A DNA stretch of 51,419 nucleotides from Macrostomum lignano. Its lineage: Eukaryota. Both the position numbers and the translations under genes were made by a program. The notes under the pieces are model-generated. The model was given only the letters and a program-made list of their open reading frames with translations. It had not been told where the DNA came from and searched no databases. The DNA lies in assembly GCA_002269645.1 (NCBI GenBank), contig NIVC01004294.1:1-51419 (forward strand), in the 5' to 3' direction. Positions 12,340 through 30,574 of the stretch are shown one piece after another. The stretch's first letter is position 1, and each line of letters begins with the position of its first letter.

Positions 12340-12725
12340 ATGAAGATAGAAGATATAAGCTAGAAGATAGAAGATAAATAATAGAAGGTAGAAGATAAAA
12401 GATAGAAGATAGAAGATAGAAGAAGAAGATAGATGGAAAATAGAAAACAGAAGATAGAAGATAGAAGATAGATAGATGATAGAAGACAGAAGATAGAAGA
12501 TAGAAGACAGAAGATAGAAGATAGAAGATAGAAGATAGAAGACAGAAGATAGAAGTTAGAAGATAGAAGATAGAAGACAGAAGATAGAAGTTAGAAGATA
12601 GAAGATAGAAGACAGAAGATAGAAGATAGAAGATAGAAGATAGAAGATAGAAGATAGAAGATAGAAGATAGAAGATAGAAGATAGAAGGTAGAAGATATA
12701 AAAAGAAGATAGAAGGTACAAAATA
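12340..12725. repeat. (AGAAGAT)n 7-bp repeat
   Basis: Tandem heptamer with AGAAGAC and AGAAGTT variants. Confidence 0.95.
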
Positions 12726-13103
12726 GAAGAAAGAAGACAGATTTAAGCGCCCATAATTATTTCTTTCTTTCTTTAAACGAATTCTATTTTCATCAGGCAA
12801 AGTTAAGTGTCCAAGGAAGCACTCAAAATTTTCCTCTTGCTTTGCCCAAAGACCGGAAGTGCGGGCTTGTAAAAAATATAACCCAGTGCTGGAACCTTGC
12901 GGTCTGGACCATGCTGGGCCCGATTGAAGTCAAGGATATCCTCATTGAAGCTATACCATGAAGTTACTTTAGTACTATCTGCATTCTATTGTTGTAGGAT
13001 CTGTTTGTTAAAAGCAAAATATTAAATAGTGAATATAAATTCAGCATATAAATTCAGTAAATCTGTGATCGTTGGTGGGTCCAGGTGACTTACCGAAATA
13101 TGG

Positions 13104-13303
13104 CACCCTCAGATTGGCGCCCTCAGATTGGCGCCCTCAGATTGACGCCCTCAGATTGGCGCCTCAGATTGGCACCCTCAGATTGGCGCCCTCAGATTGG
13201 CGCCCTCAGATTGGTGCCCTCAGATTGGCGCCCTCAGATTGGCGCCCTCAGATTGGCGCCCTCAGATTGGCGCCCTCAGATTGGCGCCCTCAGATTGGCG
13301 CCT
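13104..13303. repeat. 14-bp minisatellite (TTGGCGCCCTCAGA)
   Basis: About 14 copies. Confidence 0.95.
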
Positions 13304-13994
13304 TTAGTTGTATTCGAGAAGTTAAAACTAAAATTGACAGCAGAAAATGGCCAATATGGAAGCATCAAAATACTGCTTCTAGGCTTCTACAAGGAGAAGC
13401 CTACAGTGTCTGAAAATGGGGATTTTGCTGCTAAAAGCAGACAGAATTTTGCACTGGCCCAGCCGAAGGGAAACAAACAACTGAGAGGCAAAAAATGAGG
13501 ACAGACAGAGAAGGCGCGAAGCACACGCGTCGAGGATTTGCTGCTTGGATACCGGAGCGTGCCTCTTTTGCATTGCCTGGCCCAGATACGGGAGCAGCTT
13601 GGCAATGGAAGTTTTTGTATATTATACGCTCGTTTGAATGCATGCATAATAAGTAAAATACTGCGCTGGTCAAATAATTGGGTCAGAGAGGCGGCAACAG
13701 AGAGCGGAGAACCGAACTTCCTGACAGCCGCAGGGGAGCGTGTCAGGGTATCGAATTTCTGCTTTTGCCACCAATGGAAAATATGAAACCAAGCCGTTGA
13801 ATATTACTCTGCTTGGCTGAGAAGTTTCAAACAGACTCGATGGCAATGCATTCGACTGGATCCTCGCTGCGCAAATCGGTTGCGTCATCATTAGATGACT
13901 TTCTGCATTGTCTCTTCACCTTTAGTGTTAGTGGAATGAGAAATTATGAGAAATGAACTATGATTTTAAAGGAAGGCTGTGAGGTAAGGTATGG

Positions 13995-14380
13995 GGGAGA
14001 GTGTGAGGGAGAGTATGAGGCAAAATGTGAGGGAGAGTGTGAGAGAAAGTGTGAGGGAGAGTCTAAGGTAGAGTGTGAGGGAGCTTGTGAGGGAGCTTGT
14101 GAGGGAGAGTGGGAGGGAGAGTGTGAGGGCGAGTGTAAGGGAGAGTGTGAGGGAGAGTGTGAGGGAGAGTGTGAGGGAGAGTGTGAGGGAGAGTGTGAGG
14201 GAGAGTGTGAGGGAGAGTATGAGGGAGAGGGTAAGGGAGAGAATGAGGGAGAGAATGAGGGAGAGTGTAAGGGAGAGAATGAGGGAGAGTGTAAGAGAGA
14301 GTATGAGGGAGAGTGTAAGGGAGAGTATGAGGGAGAGTGTAAGGGAGAGTATGAGGGAGAGTGTGAGGGAGAGTGTGAGT
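13995..14380. repeat. 12-bp purine-rich minisatellite (GAGGGAGAGTGT)
   Basis: About 30 copies. Confidence 0.95.
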
Positions 14381-15181
14381 AGATTGTGAGGGAATCAAGA
14401 TATTGAGGAATCCGGTGACAATGAGAAGCAAGAGGTGTTCGGCAAGCCGTAGTATATATGAATATAAAGGTGGCAGAAAGAGGTTGAGATGGCCTGAGCA
14501 AAAAACATAGAAAGGGCACACAGCACAAGTGAAGCAGACAAACTGCCAGAATGAGAAGACAGAGAGTAGGAGAACAAAGACTTTCAATTATCTGGCTGAT
14601 TTCGCAACAGCTTTGAGCCGCTCCTGTTGACACAATTAAAATTCGCACCCAAGCGTTGCTCAGTTCGGAAAAAGCAGATGACGCAGATTATTCGAGACCC
14701 ATTTGTCAACCAAGAAGGGGATTCCCCAGCCCAAAACTTAATCCCGATCTCCACTTTAATGTCTTTTTCGTCTACTTTATGGCCGCTTCAGCGAGCATTT
14801 CTGCTGGAACACTTGACTGCTTGATTGCTGCTCAACCCAGCAAGCAGACAAATGGGCGGCATCGCAATCCGAAACTGGTTGCGCAATGCTTTCTGACGAG
14901 CTCTTCGCCTGATGTACGTAATAGGGGGGCTTTTTCAGGAGAAATTCGAGAGATGTAGATAGCCAGCTTCTCTACTAATTTTCCTGACACCTTGCAATGC
15001 CCCTGACCCTTCTAATATCCTGACTGCTTCTAATACCCCGACCATTCTTCCGCATGTAATACCTCCCTGACCCTTCTTCCGCACGTACATGTAATACTCC
15101 CGACCATCCTTCTTCCGCATGTAATACCCCTTACCCTTCTTCTGCCTTGTAATACCCCTGACCATTTTTCCGCATGTAATA

Positions 15182-16500
15182 CGAGGGGTGATCAAAAAGT
15201 TCTGCAACCTTTTGTTATAGCTTTTAGTTATAAAATCGGGAAAAGCCAAAAACTTACACATATGCAGCTGTATCTGTTTGCTATATTTATATGCATTTTT
15301 GGCTTCCAAATGTGCTCCAGTAAAATTTCACAGCCATATATTTTCCATGTGTTTTCAGTAGCTGATGGAAACAACAAAAGACAGTGTTCGCTTCTATATC
15401 TTTATGTGCATGCAACTTGGTTGCAAAGTGACTGAGATTCACACCGATCTGGTGAATGTTTTAGCTGACTCTGCTCCATCATTTGACACGGTTGCCCGCT
15501 GGCTGCGCCATTTCTTGGAAGGCTGGGACAGCTTCAACGATGAACCGAGGTCTGGCTGACCCCGGACATCCGTGACCGAAGATGTCGTGGCCCATGCCGA
15601 TGCAATAATTCGTGAGGATTGGAGCATTATGCTAAGATTCATTGCCTATGAGCTAGGTGTCAGCTGTGGAAGTGCTCATAACATCATGCATGAGCAACTA
15701 GGCCGCACAAAGACCTGCGCTCGGTGGGTACCCGATCTTCTCACTCCGGAGCAGCAAGCAGAGAGGGTGCGCATCTGTTGCTTGTGGCTGCAAATGTTTG
15801 AGCCCCACGGCCCACGACGACTGTCGGATGTCATCACAGGAGACGAATGTTGGATCTCCTTCTTTTACCATGAAGGATAAGCAGTCCAACATGGTCTGGC
15901 TGGCAGAAGATGAGCCAAGGCCTGAGGTGCTGAAGACCGGATTCCGCAGTCGAAAGCGGATGTTCACCATTTTTTTCAACTCTCAGGGTGTTGTATCGGT
16001 AAACATCCTTCCAGCGGGTGCCACAGTGACTGCCAGGTACTACACAGACACTGTTCTGCCAGGCATGCTGCAGGAGCGGCAGGAATGTGCGCGAACCAGG
16101 CATGGACCTCGACTCCTGCTGCACCATGACAATGCGGCACCGCACAGAGCGGCCTCAACCATGGCGTACCTGGAGCAGCAGGGGGTCCGGCTGCTGCCCC
16201 ATCCACCCTACTCTCTAGACCTAGCACCTTGCGACTTTTGGCTGTTCCCGAGGATCAAATCCGTCATTTCTGGGAGGCCGTTTTCACGCATGCAAGACCT
16301 TGCCCAAGCGGTACATCCAGCTCTACAGAGCATACCAACTTCGGAGTACCAGGACTGCTTTCAGACATGGTGCACACGGATGCGACGGTGCATAGATAGT
16401 GGTGGAAAGTACTTTTAGGGAATGTGACACTGATTAGACGCCTCGGCTGCTGTAGCACAGAGTTGTGAGGTCACTTGCAGAAATTTTTGATCACCCCTCG
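15182..16500 (+). mobile_element. Full-length mariner (Tc1/mariner, DD34D) DNA transposon, 1319 bp
   Basis: 26-bp TIRs CGAGGGGTGATCAAAAAGTTCTGCAA (15182-15207) and TTGCAGAAATTTTTGATCACCCCTCG (16475-16500) differ by 1 mismatch. TA target duplication at 15180-15181 and 16501-16502. Confidence 0.97.
15365..16418 (+). pseudogene. Mariner transposase, disrupted
   Basis: N-terminal HTH-type region, WVPDLL (WVPHEL-like), TGDE, HHDNA and YSLDLAPCD, with 34 residues between the second and third Asp. In-frame TGA at 15557-15559 (RSG*PR, probably CGA>TGA) and a frameshift in the T-run near 15865. Confidence 0.95.
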
Positions 16501-17138
16501 TACCTGACCATTCTTCTGCATGTAATACCCCTGACCCTTTCGAACTTCGACTTCTTCTAATGACCCTGACCCTTCATTCACTGAGCCAAAAAGTAGACAC
16601 CTCCTATTAGTCCCTGGCCTCTTCTCAATAACTGAGTTCTCATCTCAGTTTCAGTTTCTCAAACAACTTCATAGCCAAACAAAACAATAAGATCGAGCCA
16701 AGCAGGTTAAGAGTAACATTTTTAGGTGGGAAAAACTCGCTGCAACACACAGCTGCGTGTAGCAGGCGCGCCTCGCCTGTGCATTTATTTATAGTGTGCT
16801 AAGTAGCTATAATAATTATTTAATAAAAAACAATAACCATCAGTCATCTTCTACCTCTAAGAATGGCTGCACAGAGTGAGAACGCGTGCGCTGAAAGCGA
16901 TTGATTACGCAATATGCAGTACTAATAATGGCTACCAGTGCTATACAAGTTTAAAAATAAATATTTACAAAACGCATCGAATGCGAAAATTATTTACAGA
17001 CAGCGTAAAGCCTAAATAATTAAAGTACTGAACGCTCTTTGCTGTGATTGATAAAAGCTTACAACTTGGATAAAACAAAGTACACAACAGGTAAAAGTGG
17101 GCGCATCCGATAAAAGTACATCTGCAGCGGTTTTGCTT

Positions 17139-22532
<5,394 letters not shown>

Positions 22533-22939
22533 ACTCGTTGTATAGTAAGGCACGTTCGAGAGCATATATTTAGCGGCTTGGGCTTTTACCCTCTGATGCT
22601 TTCGATTGCTAATCAATATCAAAGTGACCTACTTTCTAAAGCTATAATATTTAATACTTGTTTAAATTGGACTCTATAGTCTAGACCTAGTAATTACTTT
22701 AGTCAAGTTGTTAGTGCTTTTAGTTACGTGGTCCCGACCAGTCCTTAATATAGTCCGGGCCCGGGGCAGCCCTATTTCAAGGAGTGGGGTTGGACAAAGT
22801 GTGAATTCAACTGAAAGGGGGTTTGGTTGGTCCGGACTGGTGGGGTGGGTGTGTGCGAGAGAAATAGGCGCCCAAATGGGGTGGCGTGTGAAATCTGGTG
22901 GAAAGTGGGAGGAGGCGGCCGAGAAATGTACAGTGGGCC

Positions 22940-23050
22940 GCTTCTTATTGGCTGCGCCAATCTTTTACAGAGCAGAGCCCAATTAAACCACCACTTTGCC
23001 CTACGGCCAATACTGTTTCCTCTACACAGTGGCGTCAATGACGCCTTCTT
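22940..23050. promoter_or_regulatory. Candidate (possibly bidirectional) promoter with clustered CCAAT boxes and inverted CRE half-sites
   Basis: ATTGG-ctgcg-CCAAT at 22947-22961, CCAAT at 22979 and 23007, GGCGTCA-A-TGACGCC at 23031-23045. About 400 bp upstream of the RhoGAP ATG. Confidence 0.4.
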
Positions 23051-24329
23051 GCTACGCTACGCAGTTCACACTTCCACTATCTTATGGCTAAGAAAAAGGT
23101 AGCTAAAGTTAGTTTTCTCAAAAATCAAGAAGTATGCAAACGTTTTTTTCACACATCCTATATTCTCACAACACAATCAGTTACACAACTTAACTGATTT
23201 CTTATTTCAATCAGCTGTTTGGCTGTCTTGTCGGGTAAAATTGTTCAAAAACCTTGGCTTAACAAAGGCGTAGATGCAGTTACAGAATGATTGCTGAATA
23301 AAACCAATGAATGAAAGGGGGCCTGCATCTAATCAACCAGAAGATCTATATGCTTTTTGAAGCTATGGAATGCGTAACGCGCTTTATTGCTTTGTCTAAA
23401 GTTATTTTATTGAAAAGGATCTGGATTCTTGAAGGAAGGTCAGCTGTTCTGTGCCCATCAAACAAATGCTGGAAATCCAGTGCACATGCACAAGCGCAAT
23501 TGGGTTTGCTGTTCATTGCCCAATGCAGCCGCAAGCCATGCAGACACTGGCCATGGAGATTAAGAAAATAATAACTCATATTGGGTAAAATTAGGCCTTA
23601 TCGACACGCTGGATCAACACAGAAAGTCCCCGATCAAGACCAAGCAGTCATCCGACTGTCAGCCTCCGCTGCCTGTCACCGTCACCGCGTGACAGACTTC
23701 AAATTCCTCATCTGTGATGATGCAACAACAGCAACAAGCTTCTGTCTATGCAACTCTGTGCTCTGTTGCTATGCTATCTAGCTGGCGATGGTCATACTCG
23801 GAGGTCCTGCAGGCATCGATCCGGGATCCGGGATCCGGGATCCCCAGACCCCAGTTGGCTTCTTGACTTATAGACAGGTTGTCATGCATCTGCCCTGGCC
23901 ACGGGATGATGAAACTGACACTGAGGGATAGAGGCGGCTCCCGCATCCTTTAACCAAATATATCCCCAAAATCATTAAAGCCAATGGTCATTTCATCTCC
24001 AGCTGCCCGTCTTAGGTGCAATCATCGCGATGATGAGATGACAGAATGCGCTATGCTATACAGATGCCTGTGCTTTACGCCTGATTAATTCTGCATATCG
24101 TAATAATACTTGCGTTTGCATTGGCGTTCGGCTTGGAAACTATATAAAAACTATGAGAAATATAAGTTTCATTTGTTATATTTAGATAGTTGATCGCATC
24201 ACTCAAGTATATTGTTTTATTTGATATTACTTAATGATATCGTAAATTATTTCATTTAAGTAAGCGGACTACCAATCCTCAAAATTCGTATTTACCGTAA
24301 TTCTCACAATAGCGTCTAAATTGAACTCA

Positions 24330-24980
24330 AATATAGGCGCCTAAATATGACTCAAATAGGCGCCTAGATATGACTCAAATAGGCGCCTAGATATGACTCA
24401 AATAGGCGCCTAGATATGACTCAAATAGGCGCCTAAATATGACTCAAATAGGCGCCTAAATATGACTCAAATAGACACTCAAAATGGCGCTTAGATCAGA
24501 CTCAAACTGACGCCTAGATCAGACTCAAAATGGCGCTAAGATCAGACTCAAATAGGCGCCTAGATCAGACTCAAATAGGCGCCTAGATCAGACTCAAATA
24601 GGCGCCTAGATCAGACTCAAATAGGCGCCTAGATCAGACTCAAATATAGTGCCTAGATCAGACTCAAATATAGCGCCTAGATCAGACTCAAATATAGCGC
24701 CTAGATCAGACTCAAATATAGCGCCTAGATCAGACTCAAATATAGCGCCTAGATCAGACTCAAATATAGCGCCTAGATCAGACTCAAATATAGCGCCTAG
24801 ATCAGACTCAAATATAGCGCCTAGATCAGACTCAAATAGGCGCCTAGATCAGACTCAAATATAGCGCCTAGATCAGACTCAAATATAGTGCCTAGATCAG
24901 ACTCAAATATAGCGCCTAGATCAGACTCAAATATAGTGCCTAGATCAGACTCAAATATAGCGCCTAGATCAGACTCAACA
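24330..24980. repeat. 23-24-bp minisatellite (AAATAGGCGCCTAGATCAGACTC and variants)
   Basis: About 27 copies with progressive unit change. Confidence 0.95.
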
Positions 24981-25749
24981 GACTCAATATTGTATGAGCC
25001 ATGCTTATGAGCATTAGCAAATATACGACACTATCCACCATCAATATTAACCCCTAAACATAACAGAAGTGTTAACTCCCTTATTAATCCTTTGTTATGC
25101 TATAATATAAACAATACTTGTTAACAAGTTTCATTGTTCTGCAATTTTGCATTGTTCAGCACAGATGCATTGTCTTGTGACTGGCTATATCATGTACTGC
25201 GCGTGGCTTACATGCTGCACACGGAGTCTTGACACTTGTAATCTTGTTTATTCCCAATTGCCAATTTAGTCATGTCCACAAACAGCAGGGGATGTGACTA
25301 AATGGGTTCAGGCTGCAGGTGTCAGACTGAAAAGCCACCCCCCCTAATTGCTTTGCCCATGCCACTGCGGGTACACGAGCGATTAAGCCAATTTATGCAC
25401 CTGGGAAAGGTGGGCCCAGCGAGCGGCATCCTTTGACGCGCACGCACCAAACGTGGGGGCAATAAAGCTAATTAAGCAAATAAACTTTACTCTTGAAGAA
25501 TTCAGCTGCAGAGACTGGGGCTGGAAAAGCTGATTAAAATTCAGACTTTTCTGGCCTTCTCCCTCACATTCTGACTGCGTCCAAACAGAAAAAGACAAGC
25601 GTGTGAGAATCTGGAGTCACTGCAGAACTCTGGTTGGACACGCTTCGATTCTTACAAAATTTCAATGCCAACTTTTATGAATTTTTGTTATAAACAAACA
25701 CTTTAAGTAAAACAAGTTTAATGGCAAAGAAAATCTGCTAACTCTTCAA

Positions 25750-26990
25750 CTGACTCTCTCTGGTATCTCTCCTCTCTCACTGACTCTCTCTGGTATCTCT
25801 CCTCTCTCACTGACTCTCTCTGGTATCTCTCCTCTCTCACTGACTCTCTCTGGTATCTCTCCTCTCTCACTGACTCTCTCTGGTATCTCTCCTCTCTCAC
25901 TGACAATCTGCAGTATCTCTCCTCTCTCACTGACTCTCTCTGGTATCTCTCATCTCTCACTGACTCTCTCTGGTATCTCTCCTCTCTCACTGACAATCTG
26001 CAGTATCTCTCCTCTCTCACTGACTCTCTCTGGTATCTCTCATCTCTCACTGACTCTCTCTGGTATCTCTCCTCTCTCACTGACTCTCTCTGGTATCTCT
26101 CCTCTCTCACTGACAATCTGCAGTATCTCTCCTCTCTCACTGACTCTCTCTGGTATCTCTCATCCCTCACTGACTCTCTCTGGTATCTCTCCTCTCTCAC
26201 TGACAATCTGCAGTATCTCTCCTCTCTCACTGACTCTCTCTGGTATCTCTCCTCTCTCACTGACTCTCTCTGGAATCTCTCATTTCACACTGACTCTCTC
26301 TGGTATCTCTCCTCTCTCACTGACAATCTGCAGTATCTCTCCTCTCTCACTGACTCTCTCTGGTATCTCTCATCTCTCACTGACTCTCTCTGGTATCTCT
26401 CATCCCTCACTGACTCTCTCTGGTATCTCTCCTCTCTCACTGACTCTCTCTGGAATCTCTCCTCTCTCACTGACAATCTGCAGTATCTCTCCTCTCTCAC
26501 TGACTCTCTCTGGTATCTCTCATCTCTCACTGACTCTCTCTGGTATCTCTCATCCCTCACTGACTCTCTCTGGTATCTCTCCTCTCTCACTGACTCTCTC
26601 TGGAATCTCTCCTCTCTCACTGACAATCTGCAGTATCTCTCCTCTCTCACTGACTCTCTCTGGTATCTCTCATCTCTCACTGACTCTCTCTGGTATCTCT
26701 CATCCCTCACTGACTCTCTCTGGTATCTCTCCTCTCTCACTGACTCTCTCTGGAATCTCTCCTCTCTCACTGACAATCTGCAGTATCTCTCCTCTCTCAC
26801 TGACTCTCTCTGGTATCTCTCCTCTCTCACTGACTCTCTCTGGTATCTCTCCTCTCTCACTGACTCTCTCTGGAATCTCTCCTCTCTCACTGACAATCTG
26901 CAGTATCTCTCCTCTCTCACTGACTCTCTCTGGTATCTCTCCTCTCTCACTGACTCACTGATATTTATTCGCCCTCTCTCACTGACTCTC
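25750..26990. repeat. 30-bp minisatellite (TGACTCTCTCTGGTATCTCTCCTCTCTCAC) with a 150-bp higher-order repeat
   Basis: About 40 units; the variant unit TGACAATCTGCAG recurs periodically. Confidence 0.97.
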
Positions 26991-27764
26991 ATTCTGAATC
27001 CTGACTCTCCGAGTCCTATATCTGTATTTTCTAAGATTCCCTCTCCCTCTGTCTCATATTACCATCTAGCTGAGTATTCTCTTTTATATCCTTGATCTAG
27101 GACTCTATTCTTCATATCTTCGTACACTAAACTGTCAGCGCCAACATTTTTGTGAGCAGAAGTTATCTGAATTAAAATTTTTAAAATAATTTTGTTTCTT
27201 TTGACCCGGAATCTGATTAAGTTCTGGACTCTGGTCGATATAGGCTGATGCGAGCACTCAACGAACTCAAAATTCATGGCCAGATGGAGCGCATGAGTTG
27301 AGCATAGTAATCAACTATTAGGCTATAGGTATGCCATTCCTCATGTATTCCCTTCAGCTAAAAGAATTAGTGGATCTGGGGGCGATTTTCGTGTCAAGTG
27401 TCAACAGAGAACACTCTTTAGGATCAAGACAGACATTCCCTTGTTTGGCAACCCGAATTGCTCAAATAGCTGCTGGAGGCTGATTCCACTTGCGCAACAC
27501 ATGTAGGCCGGCCATCAATCACAGGGGTGCACCCTGTGTGCTCTTCTGAGCTGCCTGTCAGCTTTTCCTTTTTTTCTATCCGTGTTCCCATTTACAAATC
27601 CATTTAACATTGTCCAACTCATTCTCAAGCCACTTTTCTCTCCCACTGCAGAGTCCTTCTATTGCTGTCGCTTGTACATATACGAGCTCAGTGTTTGTTA
27701 TTTCACTGCCTCGGAGCACGTTTTTAACCTCACCTCCAGTTGTATCCTGCTCGTCTCTTCCCTC

Positions 27765-28415
27765 TCTGCTTCCGCCCTCTCCTCTACCTCTCCGTCTCTC
27801 CCTCTCCGTCTCTCCCCTTCTGTGTCTCCCTCTCCATCTCTCTCTCTCCGTCTCTCTGTCTCTCCCTCTCCATCTCTCCCTCTCTGTCTCTGCCTCTCCG
27901 TCTCTCCCTCTCCGTCTCTCCCTCTCCGTCTCTCCCTCTCCGTCTCTCCCTCTCCGTATCTCCCCTTCTGTGTCTCCCTCCCCACCTCTCCCTCTCCGTC
28001 TCTCCCTCTCCATCTCTCCCTCTCCCTCTCTCCCTCTCCGTCTCTCCCTCTCCGTCTCTCCCTCTCCGTCTCTCCCTCTCCGTCTCTCCCTCTCCGTCTC
28101 TCCCTCTCCGTCTCTCCCTCTCCGTCTCTCCCTCTCCGTCTCTCCCTCTCCGTCTCTCCCTCTCCGTCTCTCCCTCTCCGTCTCTCCCTCTCCGTCTCTC
28201 CCTCTCCGTCTCTCCCCCTCCGTCTTTCCCTCTCCGTCTCTCCCTCTCCGTCTCTCCCTCTCCGTCTCTCCCTCTCCGTCTCTCCCTCTCCGTCTCTCCC
28301 TCTCCGTCTCTCCCTCTCCGTCTCTCCCCTTCTGTGTCTCCCTCTCCATCTCTCTCTCTCCGCCTCTCTGTCTCTCCCTCTCTGTCTCTCCCTCTCCGTC
28401 TCTCCCTCTCCGTCT
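27765..28415. repeat. 14-bp pyrimidine minisatellite (CTCCGTCTCTCCCT)
   Basis: Tandem copies. Confidence 0.95.
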
Positions 28416-29349
28416 TCCCATCACTCTCGGCCCCACTCTATTCCTCAGTCTCATAGTCACCCTGTTCCAACTGTGATTGACATTGACAGTTATGCACACA
28501 AATTTACACAATAGATAACTTGAATGCTTGTCACTATCAGTCAGAGCTTTCTGTAATGACAATTAATTGCTAAAATACAATCAATATCTCCACATTATAC
28601 CCCAGTCTATTCATTGCATGTCGGCAGCCACTTACAGAACACACAAACCGAGATCTCATCGTTGCACGCCATTTATTGTACGACCCCATTGAAGTCAATT
28701 GAAATTTATCCGTGTTGTATGGTGAGGAAACCGTCAAGGACCTCGAAACCGCTTTCCCTCCCTCTCTCTCCTTTGAAAGAAAATTAGCGTGCAAATCAAC
28801 TTGACCTTATCTATAATGGCACATCAGCAGCTCATCAACATCATTAGTTAGCGGCGGTGTTGCACAAACAGTGCAGGTTATCATATACACTTGACAATTG
28901 TGTGTGTGTGTGTGTCCGACAATGTCATATACAAAGCCAATTTTCTCAACGGGTGGAGCAGGACAGACAAAAGCAACGCAAGCAGGAGACACAGTTCGAA
29001 CAATTTCATCATGCAATGCAGGTCAACGGTATTTTTAGTAGGTTGCATGCAAGGTCACTTGAAGACTCCAGCAGTTGACATTCTTAGGGCTCGTAAATGC
29101 CCTTTACGTGATTGTTGCGGTGCTTTACCCCCCCCCCACCCCCAAGGCGATGAATCAATATTGTATGATAAAGCTCGACAGAGGTCTCCATTGTCTGTGA
29201 GCCCGCGATGGTTGTTGCCAACCAACTGACCATTCATTCCATACAGCTCCGGGCGCTTCCATCTTTGTTAAATTGGTCTCGATGCCCTCTGTGTATCGGT
29301 GAAAATCTTGTGCCCTTCAATACATAGAAGCAACAGAAACTGTCGGCAC

Positions 29350-29885
29350 CTCCTCTCTTTCCCCTCTCTTTCCTCTCTCTTTCCCCTCTCTTTCCTCTCT
29401 CTTACCCCTCTTCCCCCTCTTTTTCCCCTCTCTTCCCTCTCTCTTTCCCCCCTCTCTCTCTCTTTCCCTTCTCTTTTTTTGCCCCTCTCTTTTCCCTCTC
29501 TTCCCTCTCTTCCCCTCTCTTCCCCTCTCTTCCCCTCTCTTTCTCCTCTCTTCCCCTCTCTTCCCTCTCTTCCCCTCTCTTCCCCTCTCTTCCCCTCTCT
29601 TCCCCTCTCTTCCCCTCTCTTTCTCCTCTCTTCCCCTCTCTTCCCCTCTCTTCCCCTCTCTTCCCCTCTCTTCCACCTCTGTTTCCTTCTCTTTTGCCTC
29701 TCTCTTGTTTTCTCTCTCTCCCCTCTTTTCCCCCTCTTTTTTCCCTCTCTTTCCCCCTCTCTTTCTTCCCCTCCCTCTTTCCATCTTCCCCTTCTCTTTC
29801 CCTTCTCTCTTTCTTTCCCCTCTCTTTCTCCACTCTTCCACTCTCTTTCCCCTCTGCCCTCTCTCTTCTCCCCTCTTTTTTCTCC
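29350..29885. repeat. Pyrimidine tract (TTCCCCTCTC)n, degenerate
   Basis: Nearly pure C/T. Confidence 0.95.
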
Positions 29886-30574
29886 CCAAAGAACAGCAAA
29901 TCTGATGACCCATCCTAAATTTCGAAAAGCAACTGCAGGATGCCTTAAAGTTTTCATTTTAATCCCTGAATTTCGACTGTTTCGAATATTCTTATAAACG
30001 CTTGTTAAGGCAGTACTAACCATAGAAACATCATTTTTGGATTCATTCGGATTAAATTCAATCAATTCTATAGCAAATTTGACTCATGTCTGTTCTAGAC
30101 AGGGTCCATAGCCTCCAGAGGTCCTTGATTTGCGATGTTTCTACGTGATAAGCCGGAAGCTCAAATGCGCGAAGACATGCTGAGGTCTCACAGTGGACTG
30201 AAAGCTAGTTGTTTCTCGGGAAAAAAATGAAATCGAAATCTGACTGAGATCTCACATCGAACTGAACTCACACGGATAATGGTCTAGCCATTATAGTGCA
30301 TGCTCTAATGCCGCCCTGCACCGATTTGCAGTCAGTAGAAGGTTGTAGCAGAGACTTACCATGCTTATTTTAACCATTGCCGAAACTGTCCAAATCTCCT
30401 AAACTCCCTGCGTGTGCTTTTTTGCACATTTTTAGAGCTGCTAAGGTATCGGGGGAGTAAAGTTAGGTATTAGGGTGGGGGATTATCAGATACAGATGTG
30501 TGGATAATAATGCTCTGCAATTTGCTTCGAGAAGGTTGAGATATGGAGAGAAAGCATAGAGAAAACTATATGGA

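Larger units (their letters stand above)
15000..16570. repeat. About 27-bp minisatellite (TTCCGCATGTAATACCCCTGACCATTC) split by the mariner
   Basis: Units occur at about 15000-15181 and resume at 16501-16570. Confidence 0.85.

Noticed and set aside
13330-13900. Short ORFs and a 9-bp hairpin (TAGGCTTCT..AGAAGCCTA)
   Set aside because: There are no recognisable motifs or consistent splice phases, and isolated hairpins of this size occur by chance.
13960-14382. Cys/Glu-rich (ECEG)n ORF resembling a metallothionein or structural protein
   Set aside because: It is simply the 12-bp GAGGGAGAGTGT repeat, with no splice or codon evidence.
23815-23850. (GATCCGG)3 palindromic cluster
   Set aside because: It is too short and has no associated structure; most likely an incipient microsatellite.
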